The position numbers and the translations under genes are program-made. The notes below the pieces were generated by a model, which was given only the letters and a program-made list of their open reading frames with translations, was not told the DNA's origin and did no database searches. This document shows, piece by piece, positions 43,101-55,988 of a stretch of DNA of 64,000 nt. How positions within the stretch are numbered: the stretch's first letter is position 1; every line of letters starts with the position of its first letter. Origin of the DNA: Fimbriosthenelais zetlandica (lineage: Eukaryota); the NCBI GenBank assembly GCA_977030845.1, contig OZ365116.1, forward strand, positions 18,476,001-18,540,000, written 5' to 3'.

Positions 43101-46100
43101 TTCCGATCTTTCTCAGTCTTTTCCCCATCCCCTCTCTTGTCCAAATAGTCTCTGACGAAGTATCACATGTTTGTCTTCCCCTTGCCTAACGTCTGGACTA
43201 GGCCTTTCATTCACATAACTGACCTGTATCATATTAAGATAGGATATACTTCATTACTTTAGGAGGGTTTTAACATGAGTGTGTTTTAGGTAGATGACTT
43301 ATTCTAACCTATGTGTGATAAAGTGTTTTAATGATAACAAGGGTATAACACAATGACTATCAATTATTTTTTTTTGCAGAATAGCGTGGAATGCATCCTT
43401 TATCTATTATCTCAGATTCTATTTCAGAATTACGGATTTGCTTTGTCCTCGATCAAGAAAACCAATGTTCGTGGGTTACCATCTGACCCCTAGATTGACA
43501 ACAATATTCTTGCATTGTTTTAACCATTTCTGATTTTACATGTAGGTTTGGATGGACCAGTCTGTGTCTACCTTCGTACATTTCAACTACAATATGTGTT
43601 CCCTAATTTCTGTTGATTACATACCAATCGTTGTTATACGCAGGAATTACTTGACGCAAATGCTGATATCGGTGCCAAAAATGAAGAAGAACAAACCCCT
43701 GTTCATCTAGCGGCTCAGAATGGAAAAACTAAGTATGGATCTAGCCTGGGTGGGGGTTATATAGCAAATAGTTGACATGGCGTCTATGCTTGCACCATTA
43801 TTAGATCCCTTCTGTTCTAGTTCTTACTCAGAAATTAGCTCAATGGGTCTGCTTTTTCTTTCCGTTATACACCTCACAATGTTTGGTTTTCTCGTCAATT
43901 GTGATTGCAAGCTGCAAGGTACAGACGCTAACAGTATCCTGATGAAGATTGCAGAAAGTTAGAAAGGCAGATACTGCTCTGATAAGACATGATAATCTAT
44001 GTGTTTGAGCATGAGAATCTAATCTTAGATACACTCTTATGTGCGTGGTAAAGCTTGCAAATCACAAAGGTCGGAATTCACGGTGCACATCAATTTTGTC
44101 AGTGTTGAAGTCTGTGGAGTTTTTTTTGTGTTTTCTGTGTGGTGAGTCAACCTGGGCTGATCAGTCTCGTAAACGGACAAGAAGTTCTTGAAAAAGATGT
44201 CTATCCAAGGTGAAGATTCCCTACCAGTCTCACTTTTGAGACTGTTGGCGTTATCTATTTGGGAAACTTGGAACTAAACTTGTCGAGACTTGGATCGTGT
44301 ACGCTCGAAGGAGTCTCACAATGCAATGACCTTTCACTGTAAGAGCTTTACTCGCTGATATGTCACCTGGAAACCTCTCTAATATACCTTCTTTTTACCA
44401 AGTTCTAACAGCAGGAATGTTCACAGCTTACGTCAGGAGTCCTTTAAGATTCATATTGGTATCCGCTTAAGCAGAAAACGCATATTTCTACCCATAACAC
44501 TAATTCTTTCTTTTGCTTTTTCTGGGAAATGGAGATTCGTTTTGAGTAAATAATGTCACTTTTTGTCCAGTTGTGTATCGATTCATTTGTACTTGTATGT
44601 AAATATTGTATGGTGATGGTTAGGGAATACTAGATTAATATCTCTTACATTTGCATGAATAACCCTTCATTAACCCTTGAATTGTATTTCTAATGCCACA
44701 TATTCTATAAGGTTATTGTCTGCGCTTTTGAAAAAAATAACTAAGTGAATTTATCCCTAATATATTCATACAAAATAATACAATTAGTAAATAAAGTAGA
44801 ACCTTATACACGTCATTTTTGTTAGCATATCTCTAATTAATCTGTGTTCAAATTTAACTGTTTTTTCTTCATCTCTCAGTGTGGTCAGGGAACTGGTGAA
44901 AAGGAACAAGACGGTAGTGAATCATGAGGATGAGGACTCTAACACAGCTCTCCACCTCGCTGCTCTCGCCGGTCACAATAAGGTGGTCCGTGAACTCATT
45001 GAGGCTGGCGCTGACATTGAGGCTAGGTACGTACAAACATCATTTCATTTCATTTCAAACCTTAGTTAAAGTCGGTACATTATATACAGAAAGCGGGAAC
45101 ATTTAACTGACAAGGTGACATGACTCATTGAGCATTCTGCAAACTACCAAGTCACATATACCATATATATTATTATGTTTCTATTCCCTATAGGAACACC
45201 ACATTATGGACACCACTAGACTGTGCTGCCGCTAAGGGCTGGCCTAAGGTCGTGAGGACATTATTAGAAGCCGATGCTCCAGTGGATCCCATGGACAAGT
45301 CTAAGACCACGCCACTCCACCTGGCGTGTAGGTCAGGCCATGTACCCGTGGTGACTATACTGTTAGAGTGGAATGCTAATGTCCGACAAAGAGACGCTGA
45401 TGGTCACAACTGTCTGGACCTGGCTATAGACAGTGGTAACAAGTAAGTTATACCAACCTAAAATATCATGATTTAGAGATCTTATAAGTTTACAAATAGA
45501 AAAGAATTTTTCGGGATATATTATGAATTTGTCTAGAAGGATGACATTTGATATCCCATTTTCTACTACATCTGGCAAAACTTTTATTCACTTTGTTCAT
45601 AGGGATGTTGCCATGACAATAGTGAACAGCAGCCATTGGAGAGAGGCCCTGAGAAATGAAACTATGGACCTTACGACCGGCCTACGACAGACTCCGATGA
45701 GGAAACTCATCAGGAAGATGCCAGGTAAGGTCCCCCTTAATGTGTATATTCCATAATGCTCTTAATGTGTGTAGGCCAATTATGTTGTTGGTATTTCCTT
45801 ATTTAAATGTTTCTATTGCTTGTGTTTTATCAGATGCGGCAGAAAGGGTGTTCAGCCACTGTACCACGTCTGAGATCAACAACCCGGACCACCCTGACTA
45901 CTCTATCAAGTTTAACTACGAGTTTCTGGATGACATGTATGCCAACTGGCGGGATGAGGGCGACTCCGTATCTGTCTCTGGTAAGATCCCTCAACATGCC
46001 CTTCCCTACCAACTATGTGACCTGCTCCATGTACTGTATCATGTATATGGTATCATACCTTGATAGTATATCATGTTTTACTATTGTAGAGAATGTGTAT

Positions 46101-49100
46101 AATGGGGAGCACCATGTACTGTATCATCTATATGGTATCATATCTTGATATCGTATCATGTTTTACTATTGTAGAGAATGTGTATGATGAGGATCACCAT
46201 GTCCTGGCCGGGGTGAACCCCTACTCATCAGATACGGGCGTCCTCCGTAAGAACCACCCTCTGATGATCATGGTGAGAGCCAACCAGGAGGACCTCCTGG
46301 CCCACCCGCTGGTCACCTCCCTCCTCCGTCATAAGTGGGACGGATTTGGTCGTTACGTCTACTACTCTAACCTCGCCCTCTACTGCGTCTTTCTCACCTT
46401 CCTCACCGCTTATCTCCTAGCCTCCACTCCCCCATACATGTACAAGCAAAGGTTGAGTGAACTTTTACCCAATGAAACAGCAGGCCTCACTGAATGTCAG
46501 AAGGTCAGAATGGTGAAGCAGTTCCCTATACATCCAGTGGTGCAGTGGCTCTTTATTAATATCGGCAAATACGTCATCATAGCTTTATCAGCTTTTGCAA
46601 TCCTTCGTGAGGTAAGTCATATCAGACGAATCATTTTTAAAAATTCAGTGACAACCGTTTAATAAGAGGGTTGGGATATGGATTGATAACATTTTCTTTT
46701 TGCAGATTTTCCAGATATTCAAGTCTCGGATGTCGTATATAGGCTGGGAGAACCTGATTGAGTGGCTGGTCTACATCATGTCTGTACTTCTCGTCATTGA
46801 TTTTGAGGCTTGTCAGCAGGAAATAGGAGTCAGAACTGTAAGTTAAACATTCAGGGATATTCTTCGCTTCAAATCATTTGAAGTTAGTGACAAAAACAGG
46901 TTCTTATGTGCCTTATGTTGTGTTTAGAATTGGCAGTGGCAGCTGGGTGCGGTGGCCATCTTCCTGGCGTGGATTGATCTCGTGCTCTTCATGCGTAAGC
47001 TGCCTCGGTTTGGGATCTACGTGGTCATGTTTACAGACATCCTGCGTACCTTCATCTCCTTCTTCCCCGTCTTCTTCCTCTTCATCCTCGCCTTTGCCTT
47101 CAGCTTTGCCGTCCTTTTCAGAAACCAGGTGAGTGCAAGTCACATTCATTTTCTTATCTGATATTTCACACTTTAACCTACAAAGGAATGAGTTTGATAG
47201 TTACTGGTTTAAATTAAGGTGTTTCGTTTTGTCATTTCAGTTTGAGTTTGCCTCAGTGGGTCGCTCACTGATCAAGACGTCTGTGATGATGATTGGAGAG
47301 TTTGAGTTCACAAATTTATTCTTCGAGGAGGAGGAATACCCTGGTGAATTCAGCCATAAAGTTATCTACCAGGAGGTGTCGTACCTCATCTTTGTGGCCT
47401 TCCTCATCGTGATGAGTATACTCATCATGAATTTACTGGTGAGTTACCTCTAGTCTCTGGTCTATACACTGACTCTTGCCTTACTTCTCTACCGTGATTT
47501 TCACATCTCATATCCTGGTTGTTTTAGGTCGGTTTGGCTGTAGACGACATTAAGGCTGTCCAGGAATCGGCTGTACTCAAGAGACTGGCCATGCAAGTAA
47601 GTACTTTTGATATTAGATTTCATTAATATAGAATTGAACATTGATACAATTCAACCGAGTTGATGTTTTCTTTGATTTATACTAATTGTTTTTTCGCATT
47701 ATTTCAGGTTGAGCTGGTGTTAGAGGTAGAGTCAGTGATACCTCAGTGGTTACGGAGGAAGCTCGTCAGACGTTATCGTGTTATTTATCCTAACCGTAAC
47801 CGCGGCTGTCTACGCCGCTCCTGTCCCGAGCTGGAATCTTCTACTCTCTCCTCCTCAGCCATCACTAAAGCTCTCAATCCGGAACTGGTGAGTAACTCCT
47901 TACACTTAAAATGTCCATTGATGAATATATAAAAAAATGTAACAGATTAAACTTATGAAAAATACATTCTTTTTGGATTCGCGACTTGCAGTGGTATATA
48001 ACTATAGATGTTATATAAGTACACAAAAGTACACCAAGCTGGGGAAGTACTAATATATTGATTTGTGACTTCTTTGACTGTCGGGGCTCCTAGCTTCAGG
48101 ATGTGACAGGGCGGGAGTATGAGCTATCAGCTCTACCCACTAATGCTGGCCCCGCCCAAGCTCACTATGAAATGGTGCTAGCCAAGAGTGAAACGGTATT
48201 CTCAACTGTCTCCTTCCATTCTTATAAAATTAATATTATTATAAAAAAAAGTCCTCTTGTGCACTATTATACTCTGTCTAACAAGAAATGGTGTGGAATA
48301 GATTTTATAAATGTAATCCTGTTTCATTTCATAGTGTGAGTTCAAACATTGAATGGGTTTGAGGTGATACCATGTCCCATTGCCTTCATCCCCCACTCTT
48401 CGTTGGTCACAATTTAACATTCTCCCGGCCTATCGCTGCTCCGATAAACTAAGAGGAATAAGCCTCTCAAGGTTAGACAGAGTAAAGGGAACAAGTTTGC
48501 ACTCATTGTGTAGATTACTATTTAAAGCTAAGCACATCATCGTACTTGATTGCTCAGCACCAATACGTCAAGCAATGCAGCAATTATGTAGCTCCAGGTA
48601 ATGACTTATAGTCTGATAGTCCATTTAAATTCTTAGAATTTAATAGTTGGGAGAGAACTAAAGGCCCTGCTACCAAATTTTTAAATTCTAGAAAACAATT
48701 TGTAGTGCCTTTATAGGATTTTAATCGGCATTTCATTGTCAGCTTTTAGTGATTCTAAATTTAGATCAGGTCTGTCTTTGGTCCTTGTTGAATCTAGCTC
48801 CAGTTCTATATTCATCAGGGGCCAAAGATTAAATTTCATTCAGCCTTATGCACCCATATTATCCAGCATGCCTTTTGTCCCTAACCTAGTTTTAAATTGT
48901 TGTTTACTCGTTTATGTTCCACTAATTCTTTGATCAATATATATATTTTATGCCTCTATCCTAATTAGGGGTTATTAAAATATAATCTTGAAATAATATA
49001 ATGTAAAAGTGATCGCTTTCTGATATTGATAAATCAGTTGCATTAACTTACTTCCTTCTATTTATTTTAGGATGAGTTGGAACAGGTCCAAGAAGCTCAG

Positions 49101-49250
49101 GAAGAGATGAAGACTCAGTTGAACCAGCTTCGTGGACGGATGAAGAGCATGTCCCAGAACCAGGAGACCATGACCAACATGCTGACAGCCCTACTCAAAC
49201 ATCATAATGTAGAATGGCAGGAGGAAGATTTCCAACAGGAAGATTCTTAA
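34170..49250 (+). CDS. TRPA1: Transient receptor potential channel, TRPA1 type (about 17 ankyrin repeats, 6TM, TRP-like helix, coiled coil)
   Basis: Exons: 34170-34260, 34388-34564, 36173-36636, 37648-37816, 39478-39584, 40678-40860, 40998-41310, 41527-41722, 41835-42018, 42152-42259, [42538-42626 or 43644-43732], 44880-45026, 45194-45442, 45603-45724, 45834-45980, 46175-46611, 46706-46837, 46928-47128, 47241-47438, 47528-47596, 47708-47887, 49071-49250; phases are compatible. Motifs: repeated TPLHxAA, TPMRKLIRKMP, LLAHPLVTSLLRHKW, FGIYVVMF, pore MMIGEFEF, MNLLVGLAVDDIKAVQESAVLKRLAMQVEL. The first three (acidic, low-complexity) exons are less certain. Confidence 0.93.
41311..41475 (+). repeat. 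~60-bp intronic tandem repeat x3 that duplicates a TRPA1 splice donor
   Basis: gaaaa|gttagtt recurs at 41311, 41371 and 41430. Confidence 0.85.
42538..42626 (+). CDS. TRPA1: TRPA1 mutually exclusive exon A (ankyrin repeat 12/13 junction)
   Basis: ctttcag|ELINAGADMEFKNEEDQTPIHVASMNGKT+GC|gtaagt; 89 nt, phase 0 to 2. Confidence 0.85.
43644..43732 (+). CDS. TRPA1: TRPA1 mutually exclusive exon B (ankyrin repeat 12/13 junction)
   Basis: acgcag|ELLDANADIGAKNEEEQTPVHLAAQNGKT+AA|gtatgg; 89 nt, phase 0 to 2, paralogous to exon A. Confidence 0.85.
46027..46202 (+). repeat. 85-bp tandem duplication spanning a TRPA1 splice acceptor
   Basis: ccatgt starts at 46027, 46112 and 46197; tatcatgttttactattgtag|agaatgtgtat occurs with AG ending at 46089 and at 46174. 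Confidence 0.9.
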
Positions 49251-51845
49251 ATATCAAACCATCCTTCCTTGCTCCCCCTGATCCTCCTCCTCTGCCCACA
49301 TCTACCTAGAGATCTCTGAATGCAAGCATTTATTGACTACAAACTTTCATACAAAATAATTAAATGAATGTAGAGGTGGGCGGAGTATAGGGTTCACGCA
49401 TGAGGATGGTTTGATATATTATACTCATCAATAATTTAATTAGGCGCTTTTTCAAGACTTATTCAACATGTTTCCTCCAGTGAAATGAAACTTTAAATAG
49501 TTTTACTGAATATGCCAAAATTCGGTGTATACCAGGGACTTTTATGGCGGGTCGATAATCGTCTCATTACCATATATATGTTGTATTCAAAACATTAACC
49601 CAGACATGTATACAGGGTTCTATCGGTATTAAATCTGATCTGACTATATTGAAGTCCTGGTCGGGCATTGTGTATTACATCAGCGTATTTTAACTAATAA
49701 GTGAGTTAGTGTATATAGGTTAGCTCTGGTAAAACATATTTATACATATTGTACTTTGAATAATCTGTAGGTTCGACCCGAGAACTTCATGCAACGACAA
49801 ATGATCTGAAAAATACATGTCCTATATAATAGGTAGGCAGCAACTATTGCCTTTATTTATGTTCAGTGAAATATTCTATTTCCTAGAAAAGAAAGAAGTG
49901 TTCTTAATCCAGACAAAACTACAGATATGCCTTGATATATTTTTCTTCTAATATTCCCTAAAAGGTATTTCTCTGTCCTGATCCGGTTTTATCCTGTATA
50001 GGTCTTCTATTTTCTATAGTCTATGTCTATATTTTTTTTTTGAACATTTATCTATTCTATGACCATGTTATCTTGTACATTTTTACCACGGAAATTGGAT
50101 GCAATACACTGGTATTCAGGATTTTTGAAAAAGTGAATGCAAAATGACTGGGCGTCTCTGGTACTTTGATTTAAATACAGGGAATACTATCAAAACCTCT
50201 GTGCATAAAGCACCCGCTGGTTTACTACCATGACAAAGTATATATTTACTTTTACTCTGCCCCATGTACGGTGTCCACATATTCACCCTCGAATTTGGGG
50301 GTAAATTTGGTATATTTGAAATCAGTTTGTTCTTGCCAAACTACAAACATAGCTTCAACCCGAGATTTGGTACAAAGTGTATATTATGTGTTACCGTAGA
50401 CCTACTGCTTGATCAAAACATTTGTGAATTGCTATTATTTCACACAAAAAGGTGCAAATGAAACGGAAACTAGAGAAGTCATTGTAATACTTTATACGGC
50501 TTCTGTACATGGGATAATTGCCTTTTGAATGAGAAAGATTTGTATAGTATAATTAATTATTCCGGAATTATTTTATTTGAATCTTGTCTATTCATGGGTA
50601 AATAATTGGAAACATGTATTTTGATGACAATTTGAGATTGTTCTGCCTTATAATCAAATTATTAGAATATAGAATTTCATTCGAACAAAAATCTTCGTAC
50701 TCTTGAAGCAAGCCCCGAGGAGCAAGCTTCTGTTATTTAGTGTATCTGTGATATAGGCTTGTACTTGAATACCAAATCCATGGCTTCATTTAATACTGCT
50801 GGTTTCATTTGTTTACTTCTCCACTCGTTTAAACAATTTATAAATATTCGGTATAGGCTGGAACTTCAACTGATCTTTTAAATGGTGAATATTTATCCCT
50901 GCATTTAACGTGACCTAGCTTGGAGTTGTATGGTTACCGAAGCTTATATTATAAGGACAGCTAGTGTGTATTAATATAAAAGAATATTGTAGTAGGCCTA
51001 GGGCCTATACACAAGGGAGTTAAAGAGATTATCTAAATAATTATTCGTTATATCTTTTCCAGGGAGATGTGTTTACCCAAAGGACTGGAAACCCAGGTTT
51101 TATGATGTACCTTCCGTAATAAAAGTGTTATCCGTACGTGAATACTCATTTCAGCTTTATTTAACCATAGACATAAAGGAGAGGGACCGCTGACTCCCGA
51201 GCGGCCCTATATTTTATTAAAGCAAAAGATTTGTTTTATGTAATGAATGCCCTATTAAAACGAATTGTTATTTCTCATATCTGCTATGGGTGCTTTATAA
51301 TGTTGTTTTTATTACAGTAACTTGTTTAATAAATGTCTTTAAAATGATGTCTTTTTGAACATAGAATGCTGAGGAACAGTCAGACGGTGAACATTGAGCA
51401 CAAACTTGCACACCCAGTTTAGTTGGAAGTACCCCATGGATTATATTGGTTGTGTTCGAGAACCGTCGTCCTAGTAGTAAATAGTAGTTAAATATTGACA
51501 ATTTTATTTTGTCAATTTTTCATCTTTTGCTTCTGATTAAATTCTTAAAAATGGCATAAGATCCATTATAGGCAATGTTTAAGTCATTCCACGCGGAAAA
51601 AATACAACGTCAATGGGATATTATTGAGCACTCAGCACTACAAATTTCTACACGATAGAGTCTTTTTCCTTCTTAGTGTGGGGCCCTGATTATTTGCACA
51701 TACATGTGGCGTCAAGCCTGTCACTTGGTATACCTTGCAGGCCTACAGAGGCCTAACTGGGGCCGATTTGACTATAGCTTCTGCCTCCCACCAATACCAC
51801 ATGTTTTCACTATTTCAACACTAGATGGCAACCCGTACTGTACTG

Positions 51846-51963
51846 CACTCTGTGGGTTAGTTCATGGAACTGCCACTATAGGCAGCACTGTAGTCAGGCA
51901 GCACGCACTCTGTGGGCTAGTTCATGGAGCTGCCACTATAGGCAGCACTGTACTCAGGCAGCT
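51846..51963. repeat. 60-bp tandem duplication
   Basis: cactctgtggg(t/c)tagttcatgga(a/g)ctgccactataggcagcactgta(g/c)tcaggcagc occurs twice. Confidence 0.85.
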
Positions 51964-52605
51964 TGAGTCTTACAGAGGAAGTACCATGTAGAGCGGCTAG
52001 GTGGCGCAGTGGAACCCTGCGACATGTCCACCCATCATCATTGATCCACGACCAACATAATACATGAGCAAATATGAAAAGAAGTCTTAATTCCGGGCAA
52101 TCTAGATTTAATCAATTAATAATACTGATAGTGGGATGTTTTGATCCATATAGAAGCACTCTCCCACTGTTTAGAGCTGTGATGTGGTTTACTATGGCGG
52201 GAAGTTTGACCATTGGTCGCCCGGCCAGGTGATCCCCCCTCCCCCTCCCCCCCCCCCCCAACTGACGGGTTATATATACACCTCACCTACCAATGCGCAG
52301 CTCTCTCACCTACTGCCTGACCACTGCCTGGTAGAGGTGGGAGAGGTATAGCCTATAGGCCTACTCTTATTTAGGACAACTAGGCTACAGCGCCTTACAA
52401 ATCAACTCAACTTCAACCATAATTAAAACACGCCAAGTGAAGGAGGAACAGAAGGCGCAATATAAGGTAGGTTGATATATTCATGTATAATTTACTGTTT
52501 TGAGGTGTGTGTGGCTGGCTTTGTTTTTTCCGCTCCATTGAACACCCGCTCCACTACACACACTCTCCACTCACAGTCACTTCTTCTAATTACATTTCAT
52601 TCCTG

Positions 52606-54419
52606 GGCCCGTATTCATAAAACCTCACTAACCTAGTTTCCTGCTAGGCCTTAGCAATATTCTAAATTGACTAGAACTTTACATTCCTAGTAGTTGGATA
52701 CTGAATTATAATTCATAAAATCATGCTAGAGACATTGCTAACAACTTAGTCAGCCCACACAATCGATGACGTTCATAGCGGTTTGCTGTATTGCTGAAAG
52801 AAATAACCGCCAAAAGCTACAAGCATTTAAGGTGCCAGGGTAGAGGAGGCGAATATGCTCACCCGTATAAAGAGAAAGTAAGGATATCTCAACAAAATAA
52901 CATGAATTATCCCAATAATGTTTAATATGTATGACCTGTATACAGATATGCTATCAATACAACTAGCATGTACATGTGCATATTTATCTATTATAAAATG
53001 TAATACTAAAAGAGGGCGTCTTATCCCCCCATGGGGGCTAATGGCTCTCCGTCTTCCAATTAAGATGCCCCACGAAGTAATTTGGATTGGCGGTATAGAT
53101 TTTTTCTCCTAGCTATAGGAGGCTACAGCTAGGAGAAAAAATGTATACTACAAATCATACAGCAACCTCCACTACAATCTCACACTCTAGAGCACCCCAA
53201 TATCTTTGTCTCTCCCCATACACAACCCACCACAAATGGGCTTGACTTCAAATCCAACATGCTTGGTGACCCGACTCGTGTCTAAGTATTTAATCCAATC
53301 AATTGGCTCAAGCAGAGACCAATCTGGAACCAAACCCAATACAAAGGGAGATAGCTTCTAAACAATCACTACAATGGTAAGCCCTACATCATGTGATGCA
53401 TCTGTAATTTAAGAACAAAGAAAATCGCTAACTACCCCTGGGTTTTTACAACCGGACTAGTACGTTGAGAAACACCTACTAGCCTTTGGTCATATCACAC
53501 ATGCATGTCCATGGTGACCATGGCCCTATATGTCAACGCATATGTGTATAAAAAAATGGTAGGAGACATTTTCAGTGGTCGTTTTGATACTGGACGCTCT
53601 AGAACCAGCCCCGTCAACTCCATTAATTTGGATTGGCGACCACTGAGGCCAATGGAAATGGTGATATAAATTAAGATGTATACTTAACAAAAAAACTATG
53701 ATAAAATATAAAGGTATTATTTTCCCATTTTCGGCTAATGTAGCCTAGGTAATTATTAAGGCTTACTAGACATCAAAGATTATAATGAAATTATAACCCA
53801 TTGAAGCGAGATCCATTTGTGTAGATATGGTCCGCTAAAAGTGTAAAAGGAAACCCCCAAACCCAAACCAAGATAATTAGGCCTATGCTTACACCTTCTG
53901 CTTAAAGAATGCAATCTCATGTTGGTTTCAAATCATAAGAGATACTTAAAGATACATATAAGACAAGTAAGAAATATTCGTCATACAGGCACCGGCGCAT
54001 TTCTCCTATAGCCTACCTCTATACTCTATTATACACGCGAGTAGAAGGTGGCTTTTTGCGACAGTAGTTTGATATACATGTAGATTGTCCAAACACTAGT
54101 GAATGGACAAATATTCCACCTCGAGAAAATCGGTATCGAGGGTATTCTGGGAAAGTCGAGGGTATTCTGGGAAAGAATACCCTCTCCATCCGCCCCCAAA
54201 CCGATAATTATAGCATTCTTATCTAATTGTTGTACCTGTGCTAGTTGAATACTAGTGATTTAGAGGCACCCATGATCAATTCTAAATTTAGCTGGCAACA
54301 TGGAATGTAACTAATTCTAGTTTTGTTTTATGAATAACATTTAGCAATTAACTAGTGTTAGCTGGTAACTATCAATTTAGAACACAACTAGCCTTAGCAG
54401 GCTTTTATGAATATGGGCC
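52606..54419. mobile_element. Non-autonomous PIF/Harbinger-like DNA transposon, ~1.8 kb
   Basis: TIRs GGCCCGTATTCATAAAA and TTTTATGAATATGGGCC (16/17 match), flanked by a 3-bp direct repeat CTG (52603-52605, 54420-54422). Inner attcataaaa/ttttatgaat copies near 52711 and 54327. No transposase ORF. Confidence 0.75.
53094..53147. repeat. Hairpin with 21-bp arms and a 12-nt loop
   Basis: tatagattttttctcctagct ... agctaggagaaaaaatgtata (20/21 paired). Confidence 0.9.
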
Positions 54420-54701
54420 CTGGTGTGTACACCATTAATTTTACACCAACCTTTCTATCAATTTCATGTCGCAATTATTAATAATTGGCCGCCTGACAAT
54501 ACATTGTAGAAATGGAATTGGTGAATATAAAAGGCTTATTAAACTTCAAAATATTTTATTTTATACAAAGCTGACCGCGTCCGTGCATTCTATGACCTGA
54601 CCTGGGTGTAGCTCTAAAGCTCTATAATGTCTACAATTTATGTTTCAGTAAAGGGATAGAGCTCTGCAGTATTTCCACTACAGCTGCTGTGAGCTGACAT
54701 A

Positions 54702-54842
54702 GACAGGGTTGAGCCATGAGCTACCATTGACAGGCCTCAGCTGCCATTGACAGGGTTGAGCCATGAGCTACCATTGACAGGCCTCAGCTGCCATTGACAG
54801 GGTTGAGCCATGAGCTGCCATTGACAGGCCTCGGCTATCACT
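54702..54842. repeat. 47-bp tandem repeat x3
   Basis: gacagggttgagccatgagct(a/g)ccattgacaggcctcagctgccatt. Confidence 0.9.
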
Positions 54843-55031
54843 GACTGGCCTTGGCTTCCACTGCTGAGGAAGGGCCCATGCCACCACCCGCACCACCACC
54901 CGCACCACCGTGGCTCAAGGTTCAAGCCACCAACACGACTGGTGTGGCGCCACCATCGCCTGTGCCACCACCAGAGAAAAGCAACGTCGTCACTAAATCT
55001 TCAGATTCACAGGCAGCCCCCCCACCCCACC

Positions 55032-55195
55032 CCCCACTCCCCAACCTCAGCCATTCCCCACTCCCCAACCTCAGCCATTCCCCACTCCCCAACCTCAGCC
55101 AATCCCCACTCCCCAACCCCAGCCAATCCCCACTCCCCACCCCAGCCAATCCCCACTCCCCACCCCAGCCAATCCCCACTCCCCACCCCACCACA
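55032..55195. repeat. C-rich ~24-bp tandem repeat (G-quadruplex-prone on the minus strand)
   Basis: cccactccccaacc(t/c)cagcca(t/a)tc repeated about 6 times, degenerating rightward. Confidence 0.85.
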
Positions 55196-55927
55196 CTACC
55201 CACCCCCTCCCACCTCTTGCACTGAGAGGCTTGGAAAACTCACCACAGACAACCTGGGTAACCCCCAGAAATGTAGACTGATCTCCAGTCAGCGGTGAGA
55301 GAACGCCCCACTGAGAGGCCAGAGTAACGACCAAGACGAGACAATCAGGGCATGGCCTACTTCAGGCCTACTTCAGGCCTACCTCAGTTTCAACTTGGGC
55401 CACCCCCAAGAAAATGCCTGGGTAACCCCCATGGTACCTGAGAATCAGGCCCTTTCCCCACCACCTTCCTCCCCTTTTCCCCAACTCCCTCCAACCCTCA
55501 CACCACACATGCTTGTCTTGTGAAATCAACCTTCTCGCCGTTCTTCAATCTTGCTACAGGAATGTGAAAGTGCTAAAATATGTGAAAGTGCCTCAAGTAG
55601 GCATATGTGAAAGTGCCATATGTGAAATTTGTGAAATGGCCAAAAATGCCTGTTAAAAGGCAAATGTGTGTGAAATGTGCCTGGATTATATTCAAGTTTG
55701 TGAGTACAGAACTTTACATCCGTTTATCTAGATGGGCCTGCCAGGGCTTACTAATGTCAATTGTTTTATTTTTCAGCTCTTTTTCCCTTTATTTTCAGGA
55801 ATTTAGAGGTTTATTTTGTTTGTATTGTGAATTATTTTGTGAATTATTTTGTTTGTATTGTGATATTTAGGATCTATCTGGCAGGCCCTCTAGTAGGTCA
55901 GGGACCCAGCACCATCAGTTTAGTTAA

Positions 55928-55988
55928 CCCTCTCTATCCCCTCTCAGATGTCAGGATGTTGGGTAGGTGATAAACGGGCCTCAAAGGG
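55928..55988. mobile_element. Possible 61-bp piggyBac-type remnant/MITE
   Basis: TTAA|CCCTCT...AAAGGG|TTAA. The ends are very short, so a chance match is possible. Confidence 0.35.

Noticed and set aside
51995-52030. tRNA/SINE head (ggtggcgcagtgg)
   Set aside because: A-box-like word only; no B box or cloverleaf follows.
54851-55334. Proline-rich 124-aa ORF and overlapping Gly/Trp-rich ORFs
   Set aside because: Largely explained by C-rich tandem repeats; no recognisable domain or splice context.
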